The position numbers were made by a program, and so were the translations under genes. 64,000 bases of DNA from Vicinamibacteria bacterium (GTDB lineage: Bacteria; Acidobacteriota; Vicinamibacteria; Marinacidobacterales; Marinacidobacteraceae). The DNA lies in assembly GCA_964291235.2 (NCBI GenBank), contig OZ219816.1:1344001-1408000 (forward strand). Reading direction: 5' to 3'. This document shows positions 46,203-55,919 of this stretch, one piece after another. Within the stretch, counting starts at the first letter, position 1; the number at the start of each line of letters is the position of its first letter. The notes beneath the pieces were generated by a model, which ran no database searches, was not told where the DNA came from, and saw nothing but the letters and a program-made list of their open reading frames with translations.

Positions 46203-47636
46203 CTAGGGAAATATCCCGAGTTCCTCGTAGGAGAGACGGATCTTTTCGAGGGCCACGACGTAGGCGGCCGTCCTGAGCGATCTGCACTCCGGGAAGCGGG
46301 CCCGGGCGTCCCGAATCTCATCGTAGGCGCGCGTCATCTTTTCTTCCAGCCCGCTCACCACAAGTTCCTTCTCGTCGGACTGGGTCACCAGGTTCTGTCG
46401 CATCTCCATGCTGAGGCGCCGGCCCGAGAGCGTTTCCGCCGCATTCAGCAGAGCGTTGGTGTTGGCGATTTCGAGCCGCTTCTCGAGCAGGCCGAAACGC
46501 ATGTGGGAGAGGTTGCGCGCCCACTCGAAGTAGGACACCACGACACCGCCGGCGTTCAGATAGACGTCCGGGATCACGGGGATGCCGCGTTCGAGGAGAA
46601 CTCGATCTCCCTCCGGAGTGGTCGGTCCGTTCGCCGCTTCGGCAACGAGTTTCGCCCGCACCAGCGGCGCGGTGTCGGCATGGATGACGTTCTCCACCGC
46701 CGCCGGAATGAGCACGTCACATTCGACGTTCAGGATCGCCTCCGGCGGGAGCTCTTCCCCGGCATCGGGAAACCCCTTGATGGTGCCGTGTTCACGCCGC
46801 CACTCGAACAGGTCGGTCGCGGAAATCCCCTTCCCCGCGCGCGCCACGATGGTCACGTCCCACTCGCCGATGGCGACCACCTTCGCGCCTCGACGGATCA
46901 GGATGTCGGCGGTGTGGAAGCCTACGTTTCCGAAACCCTGGATGGCGATCCGCTTGCCGGGAAGGCCGCGCGTCAACCCCGTCCCCGGAAAATCCTCGAC
47001 AAAGTCAAGTCCCCGCGCGAGGCCCAGCACGACGCCGCGCCCGGTTGCGTCCTCCCGGCCGCGGATGCCGCCCTGGGTCACGGGTTTGCCGGTCACGGAA
47101 GCGAAATTGTCGATTCCGCCCGGATGCATCGCGTCGTAGGTGTCCGCGATCCAGGCCATCTCTCGCGCGCCGGTCCCCAGATCGGGCGCCGGCACGTTCA
47201 CCCCGGGGCCGATGAAGTTCTTCCGGATCAACTCCGCGGTGTAGCGCCGGGTAATGCGTTCCACCTGCTCCGCGCTGTAGCGGCGTGGGTCGAAGGCGAT
47301 CCCGCCCTTCGAACCGCCGAACGGCACGTTGACAATCGCGCACTTGTACGTCATCAGCGCCGAGAGCGCGCTGATCTCCTGCTGGCTGACCAGCGGGCTG
47401 TAGCGCAGCCCCCCCTTCAGCGGGTGCCGGTGGTGACTGTGCTCGGCCCGCCACCCCGAAAAGACCTCCACCCGGTTTCCGAACTTGACCGGAAAGCGGG
47501 TGTAGTAGATCGAATCCGTGACGCAGATCTGCTGAAGGAGGCCTTCCGGCAACTGAAGAGCGCGTGCCGCTTCGTGGACCAGTCCCTGAACGCTCTGTTC
47601 CAGGTTCAGATCCCGGACGGAAACGTTTGCCGTCAT
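46203..47636 (-). CDS. gdhA: Glutamate dehydrogenase (Glu/Leu/Phe/Val family, antenna-bearing type)
   Basis: KGGLRY, MTYKCA, PFGGSKGG, PAPDLGT, QGFGNVG, EAANGPTT, NAGGVVVSYFEW. Confidence 0.92.
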   Translation of the reverse strand: MTANVSVRDLNLEQSVQGLVHEAARALQLPEGLLQQICVTDSIYYTRFPVKFGNRVEVFSGWRAEHSHHRHPLKGGLRYSPLVSQQEISALSALMTYKCAIVNVPFGGSKGGIAFDPRRYSAEQVERITRRYTAELIRKNFIGPGVNVPAPDLGTGAREMAWIADTYDAMHPGGIDNFASVTGKPVTQGGIRGREDATGRGVVLGLARGLDFVEDFPGTGLTRGLPGKRIAIQGFGNVGFHTADILIRRGAKVVAIGEWDVTIVARAGKGISATDLFEWRREHGTIKGFPDAGEELPPEAILNVECDVLIPAAVENVIHADTAPLVRAKLVAEAANGPTTPEGDRVLLERGIPVIPDVYLNAGGVVVSYFEWARNLSHMRFGLLEKRLEIANTNALLNAAETLSGRRLSMEMRQNLVTQSDEKELVVSGLEEKMTRAYDEIRDARARFPECRSLRTAAYVVALEKIRLSYEELGIFP

Positions 47637-47720
47637 CAACCGGGATCGTAGAGCAGTTGGCCGGAAAACCCGGCCCCCTTGGCAGCGGGTGGCATAACCC
47701 ACGCGGCGCTCACGGGGGTT

Positions 47721-48656
47721 TCACCACAGACTGCTGACCGGGAGCCGCAGGAATTGTTCGAGCGCCGCCTCGCAGCGATCCGGCCTCCGGATGCAGGGAC
47801 GCCCATGCGTAGCGCCCTCCACGACGACCATCCGGCTGGCCGGGTCACCGTTCGCCTGAAATACCGCGGTTTGCACCTCGAGGGGCGCGCGCCGGTCCGC
47901 ATCTCCGGCGATCACCAGGATCGGGACGGATGCTTGGCCGAGACGTACGGAGAGTTGCTCCACATCCATTTCCCGAGGGTCGAAATCCGCGGCGAGACCA
48001 AGTCCGAGGAGGGTCAGGTCTCCGGCGGGGAACGGTGGGAGGCCGAGCAGGAGATCCGCGTAGCGGTCCACCACCTCGGGAACGTTCCTGAAGGTGCTGT
48101 CGAGCACCACCCCCGAGATGTCGTTCGCAAGCGCCGCTCCCGCTCGGGCCGACGCCGCCCCTCCCATCGAGACCCCGAGCAGATACAAGCGATTGTCCGG
48201 GTATTCGCGCCGGAGGAATCGGGCTCCCGCCACGACGTCCAGGGACTCGAAGAAGCCGAGGGTTGTCCGATCGCCGCCACTCTCGCCGTGGTGTCTGAGA
48301 TCCAGTGTCAGTGCGTGACACCCGCGACGCGCCAGGAAGGCGGCGCGCTTCAGGACTTCGCGGCGAGACCGGAAGAGGCCGTGCGCCAGCACCACCGAAC
48401 ACCCGGCCGCATCCGCTGCCGGGATCAGCCATGCCGAAAGCCGGACCCGGTCCTCGCTCTCGAGAAGGACGGTTCGGTAGGAAGCCCCGTAGTCGGCGGG
48501 GTTCGCGCGATCGGCTCGGTCCTGGGGCCGGGTCCCGGCGAAACTCGCTAGAAGCACCCCGACGGCCGTGGGCACGGAGAGTGCGACGAGCAGCATCGCT
48601 CCCGCGAGCCAGATCAGCACCCGGAACCAGCGGCGCCTCCGGGCGGTAGCGGTCAT
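47721..48656 (-). CDS. Membrane-anchored alpha/beta hydrolase
   Basis: N-terminal TM, AHG oxyanion, DLRHHGESG, nucleophile GVSMG, Asp (GDAD) and His (ATH). Confidence 0.85.
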   Translation of the reverse strand: MTATARRRRWFRVLIWLAGAMLLVALSVPTAVGVLLASFAGTRPQDRADRANPADYGASYRTVLLESEDRVRLSAWLIPAADAAGCSVVLAHGLFRSRREVLKRAAFLARRGCHALTLDLRHHGESGGDRTTLGFFESLDVVAGARFLRREYPDNRLYLLGVSMGGAASARAGAALANDISGVVLDSTFRNVPEVVDRYADLLLGLPPFPAGDLTLLGLGLAADFDPREMDVEQLSVRLGQASVPILVIAGDADRRAPLEVQTAVFQANGDPASRMVVVEGATHGRPCIRRPDRCEAALEQFLRLPVSSLW

Positions 48657-49855
48657 CCGGGGATGGACCCGGCGCCGCTCACCGGCTCCGGTTCGGGAAT
48701 CCGCAACACCAGCACCGCCGCGAGTCCGCCGAGCGCAGCCATCAACCAGCAGACCGTGGCGAAGCCATACGAATAGAGGAATCCTCCGACAGCGACCGCC
48801 GTGGCGATTCCCAGTTGCGAGAACACGTTACAAAACCCGAGGAATCCCGCGCGCCGCGTGTGCGGGACGAGTTCGCTGCGGAGCGCGGTGAAGGCGGCTA
48901 TGCGGGCGACCGCGAGGCATCCGAAGAGGAGAAGCGCCACGACCAGCGACGTCGGAGAAAGCAGGGGCAGCGCCGGCGTCAGGGCCGCGACCAAGACAGA
49001 GACCACCAACGTGAAACGGCGCTTGCCGACCCGATCCGAAAGCGGCCCGGCCAGAACCTGCGCCGCCATGATGGCAACGCCGAGTCCGCCGTAGAGCAAC
49101 CCCACCTGCTCCAGCGAGAAGCCCCGCACTTGCTGTAGCCACCCGGAGGCGTAGGCGGCGACCCCGACCAGACTCCCGGACATGCAAAACGCCGCAAACG
49201 CCGCCGTCCGGTGGACCCGGCTCCGAAAGTACTCGAGGTGACCGGCAAGACTCTGCCCGAGGGATTCCACGGCGCGCGCGCTCGCTCTCGGTTCCGGGAG
49301 CGCCGCCAGCATCAGCAGGGCCGCGACCGCGAAGACGCCGATGGCTGCGTAAACGACCGGGTGGCCGAAGCGCCCGGCGGCGAAGGCGGCCCCGACCTGC
49401 CCCAGTACCGCCGCTCCCATCGCGCCACCCATCAGAAACGCCATGACCCTTCCCCGGCGCCGGTACGGCACCACGTCGGCGATCCAGGCTACCGCCAGAG
49501 CCGCGATCGTCCCACCGGCAAAACCCGCGGCGATCCGCGCCAGGACGAACCAGCCGTAGTCTGGCGTCACCGAGATCGCTCCCGCGGATCCCAGCATCAG
49601 GGCCGCGGCGAGCAACAGGAAAGGCCGGCGCCCGCGCGAATCCGACAGCGGGCCCACGACCAGGGCGGCCAGCGACGCCGCAAAGGAATACGCCGAGATG
49701 GCTAGTCCCACGTCGGCAACCCCGACGCCGAGCCCGGTGGCGAGGGCGGCGATCAGCGGCGTGATCACCTGCTGATCGAGGAGCCCCAGGGCGATGACCG
49801 TACCCAGCACCGCACCGGGCCAGACGAACGACGGAGTCTCCGGACGAGGGGTCAA
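48653..49855 (-). CDS. MFS transporter
   Basis: About 12 TMs, motif A GPLSDSRGRR and GPLSDRVGKR; start set at TTG 49855 (the ORF-track extension is antisense to the next gene). Confidence 0.88.
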   Translation of the reverse strand: MTPRPETPSFVWPGAVLGTVIALGLLDQQVITPLIAALATGLGVGVADVGLAISAYSFAASLAALVVGPLSDSRGRRPFLLLAAALMLGSAGAISVTPDYGWFVLARIAAGFAGGTIAALAVAWIADVVPYRRRGRVMAFLMGGAMGAAVLGQVGAAFAAGRFGHPVVYAAIGVFAVAALLMLAALPEPRASARAVESLGQSLAGHLEYFRSRVHRTAAFAAFCMSGSLVGVAAYASGWLQQVRGFSLEQVGLLYGGLGVAIMAAQVLAGPLSDRVGKRRFTLVVSVLVAALTPALPLLSPTSLVVALLLFGCLAVARIAAFTALRSELVPHTRRAGFLGFCNVFSQLGIATAVAVGGFLYSYGFATVCWLMAALGGLAAVLVLRIPEPEPVSGAGSIPG

Positions 49856-50015
49856 CCGGCAAAGGCTACCTTCCGCAAACCGCCGGCGCATCGCGGCGTG
49901 AATCCGCCGTCTTGCCCTCCCCAAAACCGCCAGCCACCCCCCAACCGGAGCAACTCCCGGCGGGCCAGTTTTCCAACCGACTCCCAAAGCCTCTATATTC
50001 TCGCGCCCCACCCCG

Positions 50016-52952
50016 ATGTCCGTCCTGGAGCGATTCGCCTCTCCCCTCCGCAGTCGAGACGCGGCGGTCCGCCTCAAGGCGGTACAGAAACATCCCGCGG
50101 ACGACACGGGAACGCTGGCGGAGGTCGCCCGCTCCGATCCCGATGCGCGCGTCCGCAAGGAGGCTGTCCGCCGGCTGGAGGCCCCGCGCGTGCTGCTCGA
50201 GTTGACGGACACCGCCGGTGACGAGGCCGCGCGGCACCTCGCGCGATCGCGCGGCGAAGCGCTACTCGTCAAGATCGCTGCCGACGATCGGGATCTCGGG
50301 GAATCACAACGGGCTCTCGGACTTCTCTCTCCGGCGCGGGCGGTGGCCGAGGTCGCCTGCCGGGCGCGCTTCGAAACCCTTCGCACCGAGGCGCTCGGCC
50401 GCCTGATCGCGATCCCGGCCGATGATCCGGAACGCGATCTGGCTCTCGCGACGGTGGCGGGAAGAGCCGCCGAGCCCGCCCTTCGGATCCAGGCTCTGGA
50501 CGCCATAGCCACTCCCGCCGGCCTCCTCCAGGTGGCGGTTTCCGCCGAAGATCGCGAGAGCGCCCTCGCCGCGGTCCGGAGGCTCGAGGACTCCGAATTG
50601 CTCCTTGCCGCGGCGGCGGGCGGCACTTCGAAGAGCGTCCGGCGGCTCGCGCGCCGCCGGGCGGAAGAGCGCCTGCCCGCGGACCACCCGGAACGTGTGA
50701 AGGCGCGCGAGAAGACTCTCGCCGGCCTGCTCGAGCGCCTGTCCGAGGCCGACCCGGCCGGTGCGGCCCTGAGCGCGTCGCTGCTCGCGGAGGCCGACGC
50801 AACGGTCGCTTCCGGGCCGGTGCCGGCTGCACTTGTCGCTCGGCTCGAGGAACTACGGGAGAACCTCCAGGGCGGGGGTCTCCGGAGCGAACGCGCCCTC
50901 CGGCTGTTGGTGCCCGACGAGCCGGCGACTCCCACGGTGCCGGAACCGGCTACCGGCGAGGCGGCCGAACCGGTTCCCGAACTTCCCGCGGCCGTCGAGG
51001 AGATCCTCAGCCGCCTGGAAGAGCCCACCGGAAGTCTGAGCCTCGCCGAGGTGGAAGATTCCGAACGCGAGTGTCGGCAGTTGCTGGAGGGCCTGGCGCA
51101 CGCCGCACCGGCTCGCGCTCGCCTGCGCGCGGCCGCGGAGGCCGCCCGGGAGGGAGCGCTCCAGCGGAAGAAGGCCCGGATCAGGGCGTTCCAACTGGCC
51201 GAGTTGGCGGACCACGCAGCTTCGCTCACCAAATCGCTCGGCGAACGCCCGTCCGGGCCGGAGATCGCGACCGCGCGGCGCGAATTGACGCGTCTGACGC
51301 GGCGCTTCGAACGCCTGGAACCGGCCGAATCGCCGGATGTCGAGCGATTTCGTGCCGCCGCCCGGCAGGCGGAAGAGATTTTGAACAGCGCCGAGACCTC
51401 GCGAAAGGACCAGACCCAGAAGTCCGAGGAACGGGTTGCCGCGCTGGAAGAACGACTCGCGAGACTCGAGTCGTCCGAGTCGTTTCCGGTCGAAGAGGGC
51501 GAGACAGCGCTTCGAGACCTGGGCCGGCTGCGGAGCAATCCGTCCGTATGGCGTCAGGCGGGGCCAGAGCGGCAGAGCCGTCTCCAGCGCCTGCAAGCGT
51601 CCCTCATGCCGCGTCTGCGCGAAGCCCGCGAGGTCCGGGAATGGCGCCAGTGGTCGAATCTCGAGGAACAGGCCTCCCTCATCCGCCGGGCTCGCGAACT
51701 CACCGAAGAGAGCGACGATCGGCGCGTTGACCGGGAACTCACCGTACTCGAACGTGCCTGGCACAAGGCGCGCCACACGGGACGGGAGCGCGGACAGGAG
51801 CTTTGGGAAGAGTGGGCCACGGTTCGCGGCGCTCTCCTCGAACGGGTGGCTCCGCTGCGAGAGGCCGCCGAACGTGAACTCACCGAGAAGCTGGAAAAGC
51901 TCCGGGGACTCGTCGAGAGGGCGGAAGAAATAGCGAACAGCGAAGACCCGCGCCGGGCTGCCGAGATCCGTTCCCTCATGCCGGAATGGCGCGAGCGCGC
52001 CCGCGGTATGGGAAAACGTTCGGAACGTCTCTGGAAGCGCTTTCGCAGCGCAAACGATCGATATTTCACCGACCTCAAGGCCCTGCGGAAGAAACAGCAC
52101 GAAGAATTCGCGGCGAACATCCCGGCCCGGGAACAGCTGATCGAGCGCGCAAAGGAACTGCTTGAGCAAACCGATGCCGACGCCGTCCGGAACGCCGTGC
52201 GCGACCTGATGCGCGAATGGAAGGAGTCGCCGCCCGTGCCCCGCAAGGAAGGCGACCGCCTCTGGGAAGCCTTCCGGAGCGCCTGCGATGAGGCGCGCGA
52301 TCGCCTCCGGGCGCCGGGCCGGAACGAAAAACCGCCCGTCGGCGACCCGCCACCTGCCCCCCCCGCCAGCGAGGCCGATGCCGATTTCCGGAACCGCCTC
52401 GAAGAACTGGCCGGACGGCCTGCCGAAGACCGCGGCGACGCCTCGATTGCCCTTTGGGACGACTATCGCCGGCTCAGCCGCTCCGGGGAGCGACTCGAAC
52501 GTCCGACGCAAGACGCACTTTTCACCTTGCTCCGGGAAACGCTCCAAAGCGCTCCCGAGGCCTTTGCCGACACCCGACTGGACCAGCAACAGGTCGTCGA
52601 ACGCCTCGTTGGATTGCTGGAAGAAATCGAGTCCCTGGCGGCGCCGCGCGCCTCCGTGCCGTCGGACGCCGGAGTCGAAAGTATCGCGGAACACCTCCGG
52701 CGGACGCTGCAAGCGGGACGGGCCGCCGACCGCGGCGCCGTCCTCCGAGAGGACGCTCGGACCGCTACCGGGATCCTGGAGCGCGCCCGCGCCGCGGGCC
52801 CGGCGCTCTCCGCTCCGGCGGTGGATGCGCTAAAACGCATCGAAGGGCTCGCCCGCAAGGTCATCGCCCGCGCACCCTCGCTGGATGATGCGGAAGGTCA
52901 GCGGCGGCAGCGACGTTCCCGACCCCGCGGCCGGCGTCCGCCCCGCGCCTGA
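50016..52952 (+). CDS. DUF349-repeat protein with N-terminal HEAT-like repeats
   Basis: DAAVRLKAV and DPDARVRKEAV HEAT-like starts; repeated W...LW.RFR.A.D.F units (ERLWKRFRSANDRYF, DRLWEAFRSACDE). Confidence 0.78.
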   Translation: MSVLERFASPLRSRDAAVRLKAVQKHPADDTGTLAEVARSDPDARVRKEAVRRLEAPRVLLELTDTAGDEAARHLARSRGEALLVKIAADDRDLGESQRALGLLSPARAVAEVACRARFETLRTEALGRLIAIPADDPERDLALATVAGRAAEPALRIQALDAIATPAGLLQVAVSAEDRESALAAVRRLEDSELLLAAAAGGTSKSVRRLARRRAEERLPADHPERVKAREKTLAGLLERLSEADPAGAALSASLLAEADATVASGPVPAALVARLEELRENLQGGGLRSERALRLLVPDEPATPTVPEPATGEAAEPVPELPAAVEEILSRLEEPTGSLSLAEVEDSERECRQLLEGLAHAAPARARLRAAAEAAREGALQRKKARIRAFQLAELADHAASLTKSLGERPSGPEIATARRELTRLTRRFERLEPAESPDVERFRAAARQAEEILNSAETSRKDQTQKSEERVAALEERLARLESSESFPVEEGETALRDLGRLRSNPSVWRQAGPERQSRLQRLQASLMPRLREAREVREWRQWSNLEEQASLIRRARELTEESDDRRVDRELTVLERAWHKARHTGRERGQELWEEWATVRGALLERVAPLREAAERELTEKLEKLRGLVERAEEIANSEDPRRAAEIRSLMPEWRERARGMGKRSERLWKRFRSANDRYFTDLKALRKKQHEEFAANIPAREQLIERAKELLEQTDADAVRNAVRDLMREWKESPPVPRKEGDRLWEAFRSACDEARDRLRAPGRNEKPPVGDPPPAPPASEADADFRNRLEELAGRPAEDRGDASIALWDDYRRLSRSGERLERPTQDALFTLLRETLQSAPEAFADTRLDQQQVVERLVGLLEEIESLAAPRASVPSDAGVESIAEHLRRTLQAGRAADRGAVLREDARTATGILERARAAGPALSAPAVDALKRIEGLARKVIARAPSLDDAEGQRRQRRSRPRGRRPPRA

Positions 52953-52967
52953 CGGCTGCTGGGGGAG

Positions 52968-55205
52968 CTACCTCCCCGCTTTCAGCCGTAGCGCGTTTCC
53001 AACGACGGTGAGGGAAGAGAGCGCCATGGCCCCGGCCGCGGCTTCCGGAGGCAGGAGCATTCCGGTGGAGGGATAGAGGAGTCCGGCGGCCAGGGGCACG
53101 GCGGCGAGGTTATAGACGAACGCCCAGAAGAGGTTCTGCCGAATGATGCGCAGGGCGCGCCGGGAGAGCCGGAGTGCTTCGCTCACGAGACGCAGATCCG
53201 GGCGCATCAGGGTTACCGCCGCGGCCTCCCGGGCGATTTCTGTTCCTTCGGCCAGGGCGACCCCCACATCGGCTCGCGCCAGCGCGGGCGCGTCGTTGAT
53301 CCCGTCCCCCACCATCGCCACCGGTCCGTAACGCTCCCGCAGGAGATCGATCGCGCTCAGCTTTTCCTCGGGCAAGAGCCCGCCGCGGACATCCCGGACG
53401 CCGATCTCCGCGCCGGTTGCCGCCACCGCCTCGGGTTCGTCGCCCGATACCAACCAAACGGCCAATCCGTCGTCGTCGAGCCTGGTTACCAGTTCCGCGG
53501 CCTCGGAGCGCGGTCGATCCCGGAACCCGATGCTCCCGACGAACTCGATTTCCTCTGCCGACTGCCGCAGAACGCGCAGCCGGCCCGACGCTCCGGCCCC
53601 CACCGGCGCCGCCGGGACGCTCAGGCCGCGCTCCCGCACCAGCCGATCGCTCCCCACCCACACCGTGACCCCGCCGGCAAAGTTCGCGACCACCCCGCGG
53701 CCGGGGAGCGCCTCGAAGCGCTCGGGGGTCTGAAGCGCCAGTCCATCTCCGAGTGCTTGGGCCACCAGCGCCTTGCCCAGCGGATGCTCGGATCCCTGCT
53801 CCGCCGACGCTGCGAGTCCGAGGAGATCGGCGCCGCTCCAACCCGGAACGGGTTCCACCGCAACGACCACCGGTTCACCGGTCGTCACCGTCCCTGTCTT
53901 GTCGAGCCCCACTGCCCGCACCGAAGCCAGCGCCTCCAGTGCCCCCCCGGAACGAAACAGGATCCCTCGCCGGGCCCCCTGTCCCGTCGCGACCAGGACC
54001 GCGATGGGGGCCGCCAGCCCCACCGCACAGGGACAGGCCACCACCAGCACCGCCACCCCGCGAGCCAGGGCGAAGTCCGGACTTCCCCCGGCGAACAGCC
54101 AGGCGCCGACGGTGAGAATCGCGACGACCATGACGATGGGGACGAACACCCCCGCGACCCGGTCGGCGGTCCGTTGCAGAGGGATTTTTTCGGTTTGGGC
54201 CTTCCGGACCGCGGCGGCGATCCGGGAGAGCGTGCTCTCGAACGCCCGGCGCGTCACTTCGACCTCGACGGCGCCGGTGAGATTCATGGCCCCGGCAACC
54301 ACCGGATCGGGGACCGCGCGCTCAACCGGCACGCTTTCCCCGGTCACCAACGACTCGTCCATGGCGGCGCCGCCATGGACGATGCGCCCGTCAAGGGGCA
54401 CGCGCTCCCCGGGCCGGACCCGGATCCGCTCACCCGCCTGTACTTCAGCCACGGGCGCCATCCGCTCTTCACCGCCGCGCACCACCCTCGCGAGATCCGG
54501 CGCGAACGCGAGTAGTTCGGCCAGCGCATCGGCCGCCCGCCCCCGGGCTCGATGCTCCAGCCAACGCCCCAGCTGGACAAACGCCACGATGATCGCGGCG
54601 GTATCGAAGAACAGTGGCCCGTCGGCGGCGCCAACCAGCGTGACCACGGAAGAGCCGTAAGCAGCGCCGGCGCCGAGGCCGATCAGGCTGTCCATCCCGA
54701 AGGCCCGGTACCGAAAGGCTTTGCCGAGCGCCACCAGGAAGTTGCGGCCGAGCAGCACGCACACCGGGGTCGCGAGCAAGAACTGGGTCCAACGGCCCAG
54801 CGTGGAGCCTCCGAAAACACTCATCGCGACGCTCATGGCCGCCGCCGCGAGCGCCAGGGCCAGGAAGACCGGCAAGAACCCGCTCCAACGCGTCTCCTCC
54901 GTGCCCTCCTCCGCCTGCCGGGGCCGCGCGGCTTCGGCCTCGACGGTTTCGAGCTGGTAGGGACCGGCCGCCGCCACGGCCCCCGCGATGTCCTCGGCCA
55001 GCGTCGCGCTGGGGATCTCGTTTCCGGTGAGCCTCACCGACAGATCCCCGGTCAACAGGCTCACCTCCGCACTCTGGACTTCGGGGAGGCCGACCACCGC
55101 CTTTTCTACGCTCGCCACACAGCCGGCGCAGTGCATTCCGGCGACACGCGCTTCAAACCTGGTTTCCCCGGCGGACGTCGGCGGCGCGGTTGAACGGGAA
55201 TCCAT
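52968..55205 (-). CDS. copA: Cu(I)-translocating P1B-type ATPase
   Basis: HMA GMHCAGC, TGES, CPC, DKTGT, HP, GDGINDAP, YN and MxxSS motifs of P1B-1. Confidence 0.9.
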   Translation of the reverse strand: MDSRSTAPPTSAGETRFEARVAGMHCAGCVASVEKAVVGLPEVQSAEVSLLTGDLSVRLTGNEIPSATLAEDIAGAVAAAGPYQLETVEAEAARPRQAEEGTEETRWSGFLPVFLALALAAAAMSVAMSVFGGSTLGRWTQFLLATPVCVLLGRNFLVALGKAFRYRAFGMDSLIGLGAGAAYGSSVVTLVGAADGPLFFDTAAIIVAFVQLGRWLEHRARGRAADALAELLAFAPDLARVVRGGEERMAPVAEVQAGERIRVRPGERVPLDGRIVHGGAAMDESLVTGESVPVERAVPDPVVAGAMNLTGAVEVEVTRRAFESTLSRIAAAVRKAQTEKIPLQRTADRVAGVFVPIVMVVAILTVGAWLFAGGSPDFALARGVAVLVVACPCAVGLAAPIAVLVATGQGARRGILFRSGGALEALASVRAVGLDKTGTVTTGEPVVVAVEPVPGWSGADLLGLAASAEQGSEHPLGKALVAQALGDGLALQTPERFEALPGRGVVANFAGGVTVWVGSDRLVRERGLSVPAAPVGAGASGRLRVLRQSAEEIEFVGSIGFRDRPRSEAAELVTRLDDDGLAVWLVSGDEPEAVAATGAEIGVRDVRGGLLPEEKLSAIDLLRERYGPVAMVGDGINDAPALARADVGVALAEGTEIAREAAAVTLMRPDLRLVSEALRLSRRALRIIRQNLFWAFVYNLAAVPLAAGLLYPSTGMLLPPEAAAGAMALSSLTVVGNALRLKAGR

Positions 55206-55367
55206 GACGAGACCCGGAGTATAGGAACGGACCGCTCAGAAGCTCCGTCTTCCCGGCGCCTGCCCGCGACACGGATTGGCGGCCCGGGCGGCGCCGGGAG
55301 GCTCGGCTTCCGACGGGCCCCGCCGTCGCCCGGAAACCGCGCGCTCCCGGCTACAATCGCCAGCCGT

Positions 55368-55880
55368 TTGCCCGTCCGTCCGATCCTGCGTTACGGGGCC
55401 TCCCCCCTGAGCACTCCGTCCGATCCCATCGAGGATTTTGAGCACAGCTGGAAAGAGCTGGTGGACGACATGGTGGCAACCATGTACGCCGCCCCTGGCG
55501 TGGGGCTCGCGGCGCCCCAGATCGGCGTGGGCGTGCGGCTCATGGTGATCGACATCACGGTCGGCGAGAAGGACGGGGAATTGATTGTGATGGCCAATCC
55601 CGAAATCCTCGAGTCACGGGGAAGCCAATCCGAGGAGGAAGGGTGTCTTTCGGTTCCCGGATACTCGGGCGTGACCCGGCGCCCGCAGTGGGTGCGCGTC
55701 CGCGGACAGCGTCTCGACGGCTCCTTCTACGAGATGGAAGGTGAAGGCTTGCTGGCGCGAGCGTTCGCTCACGAAGTGGACCATCTCAATGGCCGCCTCT
55801 TTCTGGATCGGCTCGGCCTTCTGAAGCGGGACCTCATCATCCGCAAACTGCGTCGCCGGATGCGCCGCGGCGACTGGTAG
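55368..55880 (+). CDS. def: Peptide deformylase
   Basis: GVGLAAPQIG, EGCLS, HEVDH. Confidence 0.96.
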   Translation: MPVRPILRYGASPLSTPSDPIEDFEHSWKELVDDMVATMYAAPGVGLAAPQIGVGVRLMVIDITVGEKDGELIVMANPEILESRGSQSEEEGCLSVPGYSGVTRRPQWVRVRGQRLDGSFYEMEGEGLLARAFAHEVDHLNGRLFLDRLGLLKRDLIIRKLRRRMRRGDW

Positions 55881-55919
55881 CGCCCGGCAGCTCGGCAAGG
55901 CGGGGACGGAGGAACGGAG

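Noticed and set aside
49856-51538. Apparent 961-aa fusion of a long N-terminal domain to the MFS transporter
   Set aside because: The extension is the antisense of the DUF349 gene and is Ser/Arg/Ala low-complexity; a -10 and TTG at 49855 explain the real start
52968-55205. Metal-resistance island around copA
   Set aside because: Single gene with no regulator, chaperone or mobility genes nearby; composition looks like the flanks
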